A program made the position numbers and the translations under genes. A stretch of 54,079 nucleotides of DNA, filler included, from Sphacelaria rigidula (taxonomy: Eukaryota): NCBI GenBank assembly GCA_964200075.2. It is 4 parts of 4 records of this genome, joined end to end, with 100 filler letters (N's around TTAATTAATTAA, not from the genome) between each part and the next. Parts side by side here need not be neighbours in the genome. Positions count along the whole stretch, not along the records: positions 1 to 13,447 come from CAXNAA020002880.1; positions 13,548 to 26,992 come from CAXNAA020002881.1; 2 more parts are not named here. The stretch is one strand, 5' to 3'. The notes beneath the pieces are model-generated. The model was not told the origin of the DNA. It saw only the letters and a list, made by a program, of their open reading frames with translations, and searched no databases. Positions 10,237-22,647 of this stretch are shown here, in pieces. Within the stretch, counting starts at the first letter, position 1, and every line of letters begins with the position of its first letter.

Positions 10237-13080
10237 TCATCTTGACCTTCGAGCAACGTACCGGCGCGCCGTGCAACCTGCTCGTTCTCGCCACCCCGTC
10301 ACTGCCGCCTGTGCCCCCGGTCCCGCAACTCCCCCTACAAGCTCCTCGCTCGCCCCCACCACCCCGTCGGCCGCCGACGCCGCTTTTGTCGCCGCTAGTG
10401 CTGCCGCTTTTTTCGCGGCTTCCCTCACGCCCTTCGTGCTCAGCAGCATTTGCAGGAAGCCGGCGATTGCCCCAAGCACGGCCCCAGCAACGATAAGCGT
10501 GAATTCCTCCTCTTGGAACACGGGGTGCAAAACACCCTCGAACGTCCGAGTGGACATCTTACGCATGTTACCCAGGAGCGGGAGCGGGAGCGGGAGCGGG
10601 GAATGGAGGGGGTCATTGAGTAGCGCGGCCTTGATGCTCCGTGCGCGCGACAAGCTGGTGTGAGTGGGATGTACGTGCCCCTTCGATTGGGTCTCATAGA
10701 ACTTTTGTTGGCCGATATGACCACATACGTTACGTCTCGACTATTTTCTGGTCGAACGCTGACGACAAGCGAGTAGAGGGGTGCTACATTAAGGTGAACG
10801 AGTTAAACGGTCCCGAACGCCTTCGGAGTGACAAGCAACGGGATTTCTAATGTCGTTGGACATTTCGTCCGCGTAAAGGAAGCTCTTCTGACGGTAAAAC
10901 AGGGAAACGCTTGTACTGCACTCTGCTTTTATGCCTCATCATCGCATTAAAAACATATATATATTATTAATAGGACGTGCTATTGGTAACTTCTCATGCA
11001 CTGGTTCAAAATGCGGTAATCTAGACCAAATCGTACGCGTTGGGCGACTTATTTGCTGCATCGTACGTGCCTCAGCCCCCCTGTCCGCCCCCTGCTGACC
11101 TAGAAACGAGGGAAGAGATTCCCACCTTTTGCATTTCCACTGTCATTGTTTGCCGAAGTGCCAACGTCTGGTCTGTATAGTGATGTAGGACATGCACGTG
11201 ATCCCCGAGCTTTCCCGCCGCCCTCGTCGCAAGGCTCTTCACCATGATTGGGTCCAAGTTAATCCCGGCGACCGCCGACGCCCGCGACACGAACGGAACC
11301 ACCCGCTGTGCGACCAACTCCTTAAACGCCTGGGCACGGGAGCCGTCCAGCATCGCCGCCCACAGCTTTTTGGACGTCAAGACATTGCTCGAGAAGAACT
11401 CAGCGAAGTCAGCGGCCACCTGTGTGTTGCAACGGTTTGTTCATCGTCGCCTATCTTTACGGTTGTAGCGAGTCCACAACAGGATCACCGAGCAAGTGTC
11501 AAGACCCCCCCGTAGGTCAAAACATTTTTCACCAGTTCAAACTTCCAAGGCTTTGTTCTGTGGGGCACGGGTATTTTCCGTACGGTAGGATATTTCCTAC
11601 CAAACTTACTGAACTGTCGGGTACGGTATGGAGGATGTAGAGAACCCCCTTGCCCGCAACAGGGTGTTTTCACGAGGGTACACACGTACCCCGGGTAAGG
11701 GTAGAACCTCGTACAGATCTTGCAGAACTGTCGAGTGCTAGTATAGGAGAGGCTTACAGAGCTCACAGAACGGATACGGATAATACCCGGAAAAAATACC
11801 CCGGGTATACACAATATCATACCGTACAAAACACAACTTTGTAAGACTCCTAATTCGACTGACAAGCGTTGTGTTTGTGTCGCCGTGGAAGCAGGAAAAT
11901 CACAGGCAGATTGATAGGGCCTGGGGAACATCGACCCGCCGAGTGGCTACAAACAAGTGGCTTTCAAACTTCTCGCTCACCACTAGCGTTGTGTTTGTGC
12001 CACTGTAAACCCGGAGTTAAAGTGGGGCTGGGAAAAGCCAAAAAAACGTGAACGGGGTGTGTACTCCATCCGCCGTTCAGCAATCACCTTCGACCCACGA
12101 GAAGCGAGCAAAAAACTACGCTGTCCAGAATCTAAATCAGGATCTCAAAAAAGACCTGACAACTTCTTTTTCTTCATATCCTCTCTTCATTCTGCATACC
12201 TCGTTTTGCCTCTTGAGAAACAGTCCCTGCAGCACGAAAGGCCCTATTTTCACAGGGTCTACCGGCTCGAAGATAAGCTTGAGGGCCACCCAGTTGGTGA
12301 TGTATCCGACGACGGCACCGCCGGCGGGTAGCGTCCACGGCTTATCGTACAGAAGCCACACGAACATTTGCACCACACCAAGCAGAAACCCGATAGAGAA
12401 ACCGCTGGAGGACGACGGCACACGGTTAGGAAAGTGCCCGTGCGTGTCAGTGTGTACACGGCGTGGTACGAAGGCACCAGAAACAGACGAAAACACACGG
12501 GAGGATTGGGGGGGGCAATGGGTGAGGCGGACGAGTTTTCAACCTTATGACACATGGTTGTATGGCCCAGTGAAAACACAGCAAATTGCTTTTCGGAGGG
12601 CCCGCTTCTTTTCTTTTGCGGTTTCCCCCAAATATAATGCAAGCGTGGTCGGTTTGTAGCGAATCGCAACCTTTCTGCACGCTGTGTGGCTTAGGAGGAG
12701 TCACACACGACGAACGCCGCAAGCCTGTCACGTTGACCACGCAGGTTTCCGTGGTTCGACCCCTATCGGGTGAGTAGCTTTTAAAACCTCCAGATGCAGA
12801 CAGTCGCGTACAAAATCAGCGTGCAGGTCGAACAAAACAAGAGAGAAATACCGTTTGGCCTTTCCCCGGCATCGGCAAAAACCCGTCAGCAATGATGAGA
12901 AATGCCAAAATTGTCGCTCGTATGATCGAATTTTCGACATCCGTCTCTGCGTTTTGTTATGAAACGGCACCTATTAACGAGGAATTTGAACTCAGCCTTG
13001 CCGCAGCGCTGGAAGAGCGACACCATCAGGGACCTATCTCGCAGCATCTCGCCCACCACCATCTCCTTCAGGTCTAGCAC
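10237..13080 (-). CDS. DUF445-family membrane protein, 3' part (exons 13080-12971, 12404-12200, 11419-11126, 10557-10237)
   Basis: Four phase-consistent GT-AG exons give VLDLKEMVV...FQRCGKAEFKFLVNSGFSIGFLLGVVQM...VVGYITNWVALKLIFEPVDP..IGPFVLQGLFLKRQNEVAADFAEF...FEGVLHPVFQEEEFTLIVAGAVLGAIAGFLQ. These are the GYxTNWxA..F.P, QGLFL.RQ and FEG.LHP.FQEDE motifs of DUF445 proteins. The 5' exons lie off the scaffold. Confidence 0.9.
11541..11846. mobile_element. Intronic MITE-like repeat with degenerate TIRs and internal acagaact/cgggta units
   Basis: cttccaaggctttgttctgtggggcac at the left vs ataccgtacaaaacacaactttgtaag at the right (imperfect inverted repeat); internal repeated cttacagaact..cgggtacgg motifs. 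Confidence 0.55.
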
Positions 13081-13287
13081 CTGTAAGGCAGAAAGGAGGA
13101 AAACGGATACTACAATCAAGACAAACGGTTGTGTTCGTATTAATTATTTCGAAAGGCCTCGAGGAAACGATTGCATAGTTCTCGGGGGCATGCGCTGCAA
13201 AAAACATGCATCGACCAAGGAGGAGTATACTAGTCAATTGGAAGCAAGCGCGGAGGTTGGACACGCATTATTTTCTCACTCGCTCGC

Positions 13288-13447
13288 TCACGTGCGGTGG
13301 AAGGCGGGGGGGGAGGGGGTGTACTCGTGATCTTGCATGCCGTAGTCATATGGACATTGACTTCGCATGCCTACAAAGCCGGCACGGAGCACGCCGGGTT
13401 TTCACTGGACCAGGCTTGCAATCAATCACCAAGCGCGAAGCGCCGTG
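13288..13447 (+). repeat. Dispersed repeat family A, copy 2 (cut by scaffold end)
   Basis: gtgtactcgtgatcttgcatgccgtagtcatatggacattgacttcgcatgcctacaaagccggcacggagcacgccggg. Confidence 0.75.
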
Positions 13448-13547
13448 NNNNNNNNNNNNNNNNNNNNNNNNNNNNNNNNNNNNNNNNNNNNTTAATTAAT
13501 TAANNNNNNNNNNNNNNNNNNNNNNNNNNNNNNNNNNNNNNNNNNNN
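13448..13547. other. Artificial scaffold linker (N44-TTAATTAATTAA-N44)
   Basis: Exactly 100 nt with a 12-mer giving stops in all six frames; identical to two other linkers. Confidence 0.98.
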
Positions 13548-14015
13548 CAACTTCAAGTGAAAAAAAGTATGCATGATCCAGAAAGACTAATCTCGCGGTC
13601 TAAGGGTTAATATACGCGAAGATGACAAAATGAGGGAAATCCCCGTATTCCGAACAGGGCTCAAGGCTTAGGTTCGGGACAGCCGACTCCCTCATTTCTT
13701 CCGTTTTTTCTTCTCCTTTTCTTGCTGGTAAGCCTTTTGGAACCACTGACGATTTTTGTTTGCGTGAATCGACATGATTTTGACTTGAAAAAGACTAAAA
13801 ACGATGCCGATTCACCAAAAAAACAAAAAATCGTCAACGGGTTCCAAAAATATACGCGAAGATCCAAAAATATGGGAAATTCCTGTATTCTGGACACGGC
13901 TCATAATTGAGGTTCGGGAGAGCCGATTCTCTCAGTTCTTTTATTTTTTAACCTCTTGGCCGCGAGGGTAATCCACCTGGATCATGTATACTTTTTTCAG
14001 GTAAAATTGAAGTTG
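13548..14015. mobile_element. Two back-to-back piggyBac-like MITE ends flanking a 90-bp direct repeat pair
   Basis: 13548-13606 ends ...ctcgcggtctaaggg|TTAA and 13952 starts TTAA|cctcttggccgcgag...; the two arms are inverted copies. 13611-13700 and 13851-13940 are direct repeats. Confidence 0.65.
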
Positions 14016-15936
14016 TCTCTATGATACCAAGAATAGTGGGCGGTCTAATTTTTCAGGAGTATTTGGGGGTTTTCCTCGCATACTATTCTTCGATAGAACT
14101 CGAAATTGCTAGCATCGGTGGATTTTGGTACAGTGAATATCATCCTCGAAACACAGTGCCTATGTCAGAGTTAGTTGGTCTTTTCCAGCCGTACGAGTAA
14201 ATGTCCCGTTTATCAGGAGGGTGTTATTAACCGTGAAACACAGTTTTTCGGCTCTAGTGCAGTGTGTAGGTAGAATCTCATAAAAATATAACTGACCATT
14301 TCTTCACAAATATGATCGGGACAGGCTCGATCGACCGAAAATACCGAAAAGTACGAATCTGGGCTGAAACGTGGCAGGACCCCCCATGACCGGTTAACCC
14401 GTAAATTACTCAATATTGAGCACACATGTTGTTTTTATTGGAGTGTGGAGCGGATACGAATATGTCCAGATCCCCAATGTGACAAGCGGTGGCAATCGGG
14501 AAGAGCCCAAGAAAACCGCCAACTACGAAACAAATCACAAAATGCCACAGAATAAATCCTGAAACCGCCCACTCACTACTGTACTACTGTACTGTATGCT
14601 CGACGTCATCAAAGAGTTGACATATGCGGAGATACAATGATACAATGGAAAAACCCCTTTTCTGGACGCAGATGCGCACATGGGCCAAAAAAGCCTGGCA
14701 ATATATATATATATATATATAATATTATATTATAAAATAAAATAATGCAACTTAGTTGGAAATGGGCGTGCAAAGTACAGGCACCATGATCATAGGAACA
14801 AGAAGTTCCTGGTTGAAGTGTGCAACTTGAAGTAAGTGGAGGGAGCCGAGCAAGTCAATCATTGTCCGCGCGCAATCATGAGCGGCAGAGAGGATGAAGC
14901 ACATTCATCAAAGTTGAGAGTCTCACATGTAAGGACGAAATTAGATTCCACACTATTTGTTCTACAACGTAGCTAATCTGTATAACCTTGAGAATCTGTG
15001 GACGATTCATAAGAAAAGTAATGGTATGCACGAGAACACACAAAAATCATGAGTCACAATGATGATACATATCGTCATTATATACCGCTTGTAAAAATGT
15101 GCCAAAGGGTATGACATTCTAGCATATCCTTTGAAATGCTGCACCAGCAATAAGTACAGCACAGTACGCCCAAGAGCACATGAAGTACCTCACCTGTCAC
15201 ACCATCACTCTTAGACCTATGATGGTGGTCTGATGTCATAATATCGCTTGCTGAATGGGACCGGGCATTTGCCCTTGCAGGTTACTCCTTAGTATTATTT
15301 TAGTAGTTCGAAGTGATGTCAAATATAGTACTATCGCAGATACTGTAATGTTGATCACCTTCACATGATGCACGGGGGTCGGCTTTGCAAATACTGCACA
15401 CCATATATTTATCGTCGAATCCCAGTCCAACAGAAAACGACACAGCTGACTGCTGACCATTAATACTGCTACGTTGCCGTTCTGCTGTTAAACACATTTT
15501 ACCAATGCATGATATCTAGTGAGTGAGCGAGGTGAATATCGAAACCGGCAGACCTCCCTCGAGCACAGTACGAGTATCATGAGCTTTTTTGCTCAAACGA
15601 CAAATGCATGCGGTTGATGCAACTAAGCAGAAACTGGGCCAAAGGGCTACAGGACACACAGTCGAGCTATCAGTGGTTATGTGTATCGGTTCTTATCTGC
15701 GTGGGGTTGCTCTGAGGGAGCAATGACACATGTTCATGATTACGGTAGCATTTCATGCACAGCTTGTTCCAGGGCTCGACTGAGCACAAGCTTTCCCTAG
15801 TCAAAGGACCAACCACAATGCAATTCTTTAGTTTGTTCCGAGGTCCACCCCATATCCAGACAGAAAGCGAAAAAAGGGCGCATGGACATTTATTTAGACA
15901 TGGACTACAGACAGTAGTCGACTGCCCCTGTTTCGA

Positions 15937-16453
15937 CCCTTTGACAGTCAAGATGGCTCATCTATTGAATCGGCATCAAGTTTAGTCGAAAAAATATTAC
16001 TGTATGGTGGTCGTGCCCGAGCATCCTTTGAACCGGCATCAGCTTTACTCGAAGAATGACTGAATAGCTCTCGGCAATGAAAGGGTCAACCCTTTGATCA
16101 CAACAAGTTTAGGATCTTCATTGTAGGATCAACCGTACAGACATCGTGGTCAAGCCAGCATTGGCACACATGGACTAAAATCGAATGGACGGCTTCGCCG
16201 CCAAACGGACACCCCTTGACAACAATCGCGGGTCATCTGAGCCTATGGACGTAAAATGGGGCCCGATCCCGCATGTCATTTACACCGGCGGTCGAAGGGT
16301 TGAGCCTTTGACTGCAAAGTTAGTCATCGTCAAAACGGTAGTAATTATTAACCCTTGGATCGCGGTCCGGGTAGTCCATGTGAGCCACACATACTTTTTT
16401 CCAGTGAATATTGATGCCGATTCAGCAGGTGATCTAATCTCGAGGTCTAAGGA
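15937..16453. mobile_element. Cluster of piggyBac-like ~103-bp MITEs and fragments
   Basis: Termini CCCTTnGAC/GTCnAAGGG at 15937, 16085/16090, 16299/16304 and 16352-16453, separated by TCGA, TCAA, TTGA and TTAA. Internal TGATGCCGATTC motif occurs in both orientations. Confidence 0.65.
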
Positions 16454-18106
16454 TGATGCCGATTCAAAAATGACCAAACTTGGCCGTGCCTTTGGATGTG
16501 AGGCTAGGCAGCCTGCAGCATCCAGTTTTCGAAGCTCGTCGTGCGCATAATGCTGAGAGTGCATTTACCGTGTGTAGTTTACGGTAGGTATGCCACATCC
16601 GGGGACGATAGCCATGATCAATATTCGTTGGGGGGGTTTATAGCACATATATCGTGGATCACTGCAATGGCATAGACAGCGACAGTCTATTTCTTGAAGA
16701 GAGCCCTTTGTACCCCGTTACATCGGTTGCTTATTACGTACAGCTTGCCGTCTGTGTTGTTGCCCCCTACATGCACCAACAGCATACGCCCTGCACCAAC
16801 AGGCAGAGAAAGTTTGAAGAACATCGAAACGGAACTTAGAACGATTCCAACACTCGTCGGATTGTTTCATCTGCTCAAAGCCACCCCAACGCAATGCGTG
16901 CTAGAGCATATCGGTGCTACATGACATGTTCAATAGTGTCGTATATTGTTATGCGAGGTCGAATCTTCGCGCACTGCCGCATAAGGTCGACCATCAAAGC
17001 GATAGGAAACACAGCTTGTGAGTGTAGTATCACTGTAAACGGGGAATAAAACCCCTCCTATATATTTTTGTTCAATCGCAATCTTGTTTCTCGACACGGA
17101 GATGTCATACGTTATCAAATGTTGATAATCTCACACACAATCAGCACGAAAACTACCCAAGGTATATCAGAAGGTTTGCCATACCCAACTGACTGCACAA
17201 TCATCCATCGTAAGTAGGTCAAGGAATAAAGAGTACGTAGTTGACCAGTGCAGAGACGGAGAGGGCATCAAAACAAAGGCAGTAGTACACTTGTAACACC
17301 GACGTACATCCACGTACGCGTATTTGTCTCCATTTGTATTAGTCACCTGGTGAGCATACGTGCTACTAGATCAAGCTCTTGACGTTACTTACAGGCAGAA
17401 TGGATTTATGGTTCGCCGTGGCCCGCAGTCTGCACACATGCTTTCTTTCACTTTTTTACGACCACTGTGAAACGTTTCTAACGCGACTCTTCGGACCAAC
17501 AATTAATTGCGACCGAAAGAAGGAAAATATTCATAAATCCGATGATAGTATAACACTTCGTCTCCGATCTCCTCGGATGAACAATGCGGAAATAAAGAAA
17601 AGCACCTTGTACCAGGGACAAAACTTTCAAGCCTGTGGCGAAGATTATTTTCTTCTTATTTTTTCTGTAATCGACGATTTGACTTTTTCAACGTGCACCA
17701 AAATAGTCGAGAAGAAGCACGGCATTTTTCTTGTATGCGCGTACAATGTCGGTCCTCATAACGTCCAGAGAAGAACCAGTGATAGAAGTAACCGTTGACC
17801 CGTTGGTCGCCATCCACACTATAATCAAGTGATTGGTATTTCAGTACTGTAGTAACTGTAGTAATAATGAAATAAAATAAAGGGAAAAAAGTTAATGAAC
17901 CCCCACGCGAACACATCCTCTCAAAGCATCCGCTCTCCCACGGCACCACACTCAAACCAAGGCTCACACACCACGAAGTTTGCTACGACTTTGAACCTCA
18001 ACTGCAGGCAAAGTGCTTTTTGTCGGTTCCATCGCGAGTCCGCTCACAGCTAACTGCTGCTGTGTTGGGTGGCTGTGGTCATTGGCGAGCTCATCACAAC
18101 ACAGCG

Positions 18107-21100
18107 ATGGAGGCGAGACGACTACGGATGCGCTCAGGCAACGGGCTGTGCTCAATCGAGGATAGCCTCGTCGAAGCCACCTCTTCCTGCGGTACTAAGG
18201 CTAGTGAGCTATCCGGTAACACCAGCAATGTACTCATGAAGCCACCGCGTCAATCCATAGCCATTGACCTCACAGGTGAGCTCACTCCGCATGGCTCGGA
18301 ATGCGGGGACGCCAGTAGTGCAAGTCGCAGCAGCTCCATCGCAGAACTCACTCCAACATGGACTCTCTCTGCGTTGCAACGCCTTTCGGTGGAGGAGCAA
18401 ACGACTCTCGGGAGGAAATTGGGGGGTTCGGGGCCTTTAGCTCACAGGAACAAGGCCGGCACGGGAGCGATCGTCAAGTCTCCAGCGGCCGCTTCGAGCG
18501 GCGATTCATACGAGTGGGCGAAGGCTGACTCTCCCTTCAGGGTTGTGCTGCAAAACGCGGTGGTACAGGGAGATTTGGAGGCCGCTGCGGCGGCACTCGA
18601 GTCTGGAGCTGACCCCAACGAACGGGATGAACTGAGGCACAGTTCGCTTCACTTTGCTGCGGCAAAAGGTGACGTTTTATGCCTCCGGAAACTCATGGGA
18701 TCTGGTGCAAGAGCGAACGTCGCGAACAATGTGAGTTATGAGGAGACACATGCAGTGTATACAGCGGATGGTCTCTGCCCGGGTAGCGCTGATTACATGT
18801 GACTTTGCTTGTGCTCTGTTCGTGTTCACATGGTGAGGTCAGTCAGTCCAGTCAGTACGGTACTACTGTTTTTCTGCCTCGGGGAATGCGGAGGGAGGGC
18901 AGTTGCTTTGACCAGTTATTTTTGAAAATATGGAAATATCGATGAATCGAAGGCTGTCACGTCGCCACCAAAGGCGGTGCACATGGGTGCATGTTGTAAG
19001 GGATGTCTTCCTTGTTCTAATACTACAGTTGTTCAATGCGCATATTTTGAAGAACATATGACTTGTGGCGGACATGGAAGCAATTCTTTCCACTAACGTC
19101 ACGATTGTGCCCCCCCCCCCCACCCCTCCCTTCCCTCCCTCACCTTTCCTCTGTTCCTTCCCTTTCTGTAGTCACTCCTCCTCAAGGTTTTCACACAATT
19201 TGAGCATTTGACTGTACTACACACCCCCGTGCTTTTCTCACTCGACGAAGGGATGGATCTTTGAGCAAACGATGATCATAGACGATGGCTGGACAATCGG
19301 CTCTGCTGTCGAATTATTTCTCTTCCCATCATGTGTCCGGGAATGGAGGCTAAATGCACCTCATTCTTCTGTACCAACTCAACCCACCCACCCTCATCGA
19401 ACACACCCATCACGACGCTTTTTGGTTCAGGTCGGGTGGAGCCCGTTGCACTATGCTGTGCTAGGCGGCCACGTCGATGTGGTTGAGGCTCTCCTACGCG
19501 CCGGCGCACACCCTTGCTTCAGAGATAACCACTTGATATCACCATTGCATCTCGCATCCACCCAAACGGGCAGCGAGGCGGGCAAGCGCGAAACTTTTCA
19601 GCAAATTGCGCGATTGTTGGGGCCTACGGCGTTGGAGGCCAGAGATGAGGTGTGTCAAAAACTGAGAATGTGTACCGTCATTCGTGGCACGGCCGTTGGG
19701 CCGAATTAAGGCATTCGACCTTTTGGCGGCGACAACACGGCCTGTGTCCAGTTCAGCGGTGGGTCCGGTTTCCTGTACAGTCTGTGGTATGAACGCAAGG
19801 TCCCCATATTATTAGTATTCATGGTTGAGCGTTCCTTCTGGTTGTTCTGGCTGTGTTTGGCCAAAGGTGTCACTCATTTCGGACCCATCAATTGTCTCCA
19901 AACGCGGTAGTCGAGTAGATCAAGAGTCGGTATGAACCTGACGCTGTTCTTGCGTGTTCCTGAAACGTACCTTGTATCGATCGGCACGAAATATTGGTCA
20001 ATTTGTCGTGTGTATAAACCGCTCCCGATACTCCACACCATCAGTGCCCCTCTTCATCACACTTTTCCCGCCGTCGTCGACGTCCGAACTTTGTTCGCAT
20101 GTCTTGGCTACTGGGAACTCGGAATTTCATTCACGAAATCTTGATTAACCGTCAACATCTTGTACTCCGTTTTACCCTCTCGTGTATGTTCATTTTCGTC
20201 CTGATTTATTTTGCCCCAAGCCGTTCATGTCTTCGATGTGCTATGTGCAGTACTGCGGTATGTAGAACACTTGCATATGGAACACCGTACTGTCCGTGCT
20301 GCTGTTTTGATCAGTTAAACTGCAAGGAAAAACACATGCCCAGATTTTTGGTATCCGCAGGCAGTAAGTTCTTGGAGTATCGTTCCTTATCCTGTTGATT
20401 CTCGTGATGGTGTCTTACTGTTGTCATTTGTGTAGTTTATCCTACTGAGGGGTTTGCACCAGGTACAGTTACGTACTGCGAGTTGTTGACTTGTCTGATC
20501 AAAACCATGCATGAGATCTGTTGACGTGTTTACTCTGCAGCATGATGCAACAATTTTACCCTGAACGTCCTCGCGTGATTCTCACAGTCAATTGCATCCT
20601 CATCTACATCTGCGTCGATTACCTGGTGTCCGTGTGTCGCCACACAAGTAGGATTTGGACGAGATGGTCAAAATTTCAACCAGCGCTAACCTCATTTTCT
20701 GAACATTTTATTACACATGCACACGCGGCCAATTAGGCAACCCCAAAAATTGTCCGTGGAGGTGTGGGGACCTCTGGATGGGGTCGAACTCGGAAGCGAC
20801 CCCTCCAGAGAGATCAAACACCAGTAGAGAAATAGTGGATGGTTCTAATGGCAGCGTTTGAAAGTGCTCTGCACCTGGGCATGAAGTATGGACTCTCTCA
20901 GATCGTGATGCGGTTACTGATGTCACCCACCTGAACCACCCATACTTTATGTGCAACTGATGCCAATTCAGCAGGTGACTCGAACTCTTGGTCGAAGGGT
21001 AAAAGATTTGTAAAGATCCAATCTGATGGTCGTATGTGATAAACCAGAGTGCAGTGTGCGTCAACCAACCATGGGATCTGACTATGCACGGCAATCGTGT

Positions 21101-22647
21101 ACATCAGAGAAGGAAGGTACAATTTTGTCAAAGCAGAATAACTGCACAAGTAGCACGATGATTCCGGAGACGAGCGAGTTGACGTCTGCTGCTATCTCCC
21201 CTTTCACAACGCGACCACCCACGGCGTGAGAGTGCATTCCACGTTGACTCATCAACCCTTCGACCGTCGTGAGGGTATTCCATCTTGATCACGCATTACT
21301 CTCTTTCCAAGCGAAAAATGATGCCGATTCGGCAGGTGACCCGCCCTCGCTGTCAGAGGGTCATCCCTTTTGAAACCGTCAACAATTCTTGTTTTGGTGA
21401 CAAGTATCACATCCACTGGGTTGTCGAGTCAAAATGATGTCGGTTCTCGAAAACATAAACCGTCAATGCCTTCCCGGAATGTAGATTTATTCTGATATAT
21501 GAGAGCATTCACTTTCATCTGTTCCCGGCCTCGCGAGTGCTGACAGCGACGAGCACAGTCGATTCCGGATTGCATTCTATCGTCCCGTGTCCCATCATGC
21601 TGACTCGACAGGCTGTACGTACCCCTTGATCTATATTTTTCACGAAAGCATTTTGGAGTCAATTTGTTTTTGAACATGTGTCCGAGAGTACACGCGTATG
21701 GGTCAATATTCTCGCCCTCTGTGGTCATCCTCACTGTCAGCAGTACATGTTTCCACTCGGCCCCGTTGTGCCATCGTCGATAAGGGGTGGAACACTCGGA
21801 GTTGAGCGGAAAATCCCAAGATTCAGTAAATCAGGCATGAGGAACATGCTTGGTCCCCTCCCTTTCAAGATTAGATGCTGCCACTATCTCGACCTGAAAG
21901 TCTTCTGTCGTATGCGCTACACCAAATCGGATGTCGAAAAGTTGCGTTAGTGTCATTCTGAAGTTGCAAAACGATGATGAACGCAGACGACACGCCGCTG
22001 CAGACAAACCATCTCCCTGGAACTACTCACTAGCACGAAATGGACGATTCTCCAACCCCTTCACCCTTTCCCCCCGATCCCCCGTGTTACGCTTCTTCTC
22101 ATCGATACAGCTGCAGCAGACACCGCTGCACGTGGCAGCATCCTGTGGCAACCGTGATGCCGTTGCCGTCCTACTGGAACTCAACGCCGACCCCAAAGCG
22201 GAAGATCGCAAAGGTCGCAACCCGGGTCAGTCCTGGCTCAAGCAGGTCTCGAAGAGGGCCCGGGCTGACATCGCGAGGGCCCTCGAAGCTGCGGTAGACC
22301 GGCGGAAACGAGCGGCTGCCGCGGCAGAGGCTGCCGAAAGGTACGGGGACGATGATTTCGATGGCCTTGACGATGATGACACCGATGACGCGAGGTCTTT
22401 TTCATCTTGCTCTGATTCCCCGGGATCTGTATCGTTGAGCCGCTCCGGATCAAGCTTCAGGAGAAGTGGGTTGGAGAAGCAAAGTTCTGTTTCGAGCAGT
22501 GTGTGTTCCGATGCGACGCCCGTGCACCGTCCGTCCATGCTGAACTTACTGCCGTCGGGGTGGGGGTTGAGCCGAAGAGGGAGCGGTGGTGGGCGGCATC
22601 TCGGAGAGATGTCTTTTGGAGCGGACGTGAGGGGATCTGGAATATGA
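18107..22647 (+). CDS. Ankyrin-repeat protein, complete, ~459 aa (exons 18107-18730, 19431-19649, 22111-22647)
   Basis: Three phase-0 GT-AG exons with ANK consensus repeats (GADPNERDELRHSSLHFAAAKGD, GWSPLHYAVLGGHVDVVEALLRAGA, SPLHLAS, QTPLHVAASCGNRDAVAVLLELNADP). Ser-rich disordered N- and C-termini. Start ATG inferred. Confidence 0.9.
20893..20999 (+). mobile_element. piggyBac-like MITE copy in ankyrin intron 2
   Basis: catacttt...tgatgccaattcagcaggtgactcgaactcttggtcgaaggg|taaa is homologous to 16352-16453. Confidence 0.55.
21256..21360 (+). mobile_element. piggyBac-like MITE, full-length 105-bp copy
   Basis: tcaa|cccttcgacc...tgatgccgattcggcaggtga...ctcgctgtcagaggg|tcat is collinear with 16352-16453 along its whole length. 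Confidence 0.65.

Noticed and set aside
13492..13503. TTAATTAATTAA as a biological motif or piggyBac target
   Set aside because: Centred in N runs and identical in three places; an artificial six-frame stop linker.
14750..15900. Decayed transposase next to the piggyBac-like ends (CSICK..C..H Cys-rich pieces)
   Set aside because: Many stops and no recognisable DDD/DDE motifs or piggyBac Cys-rich domain.
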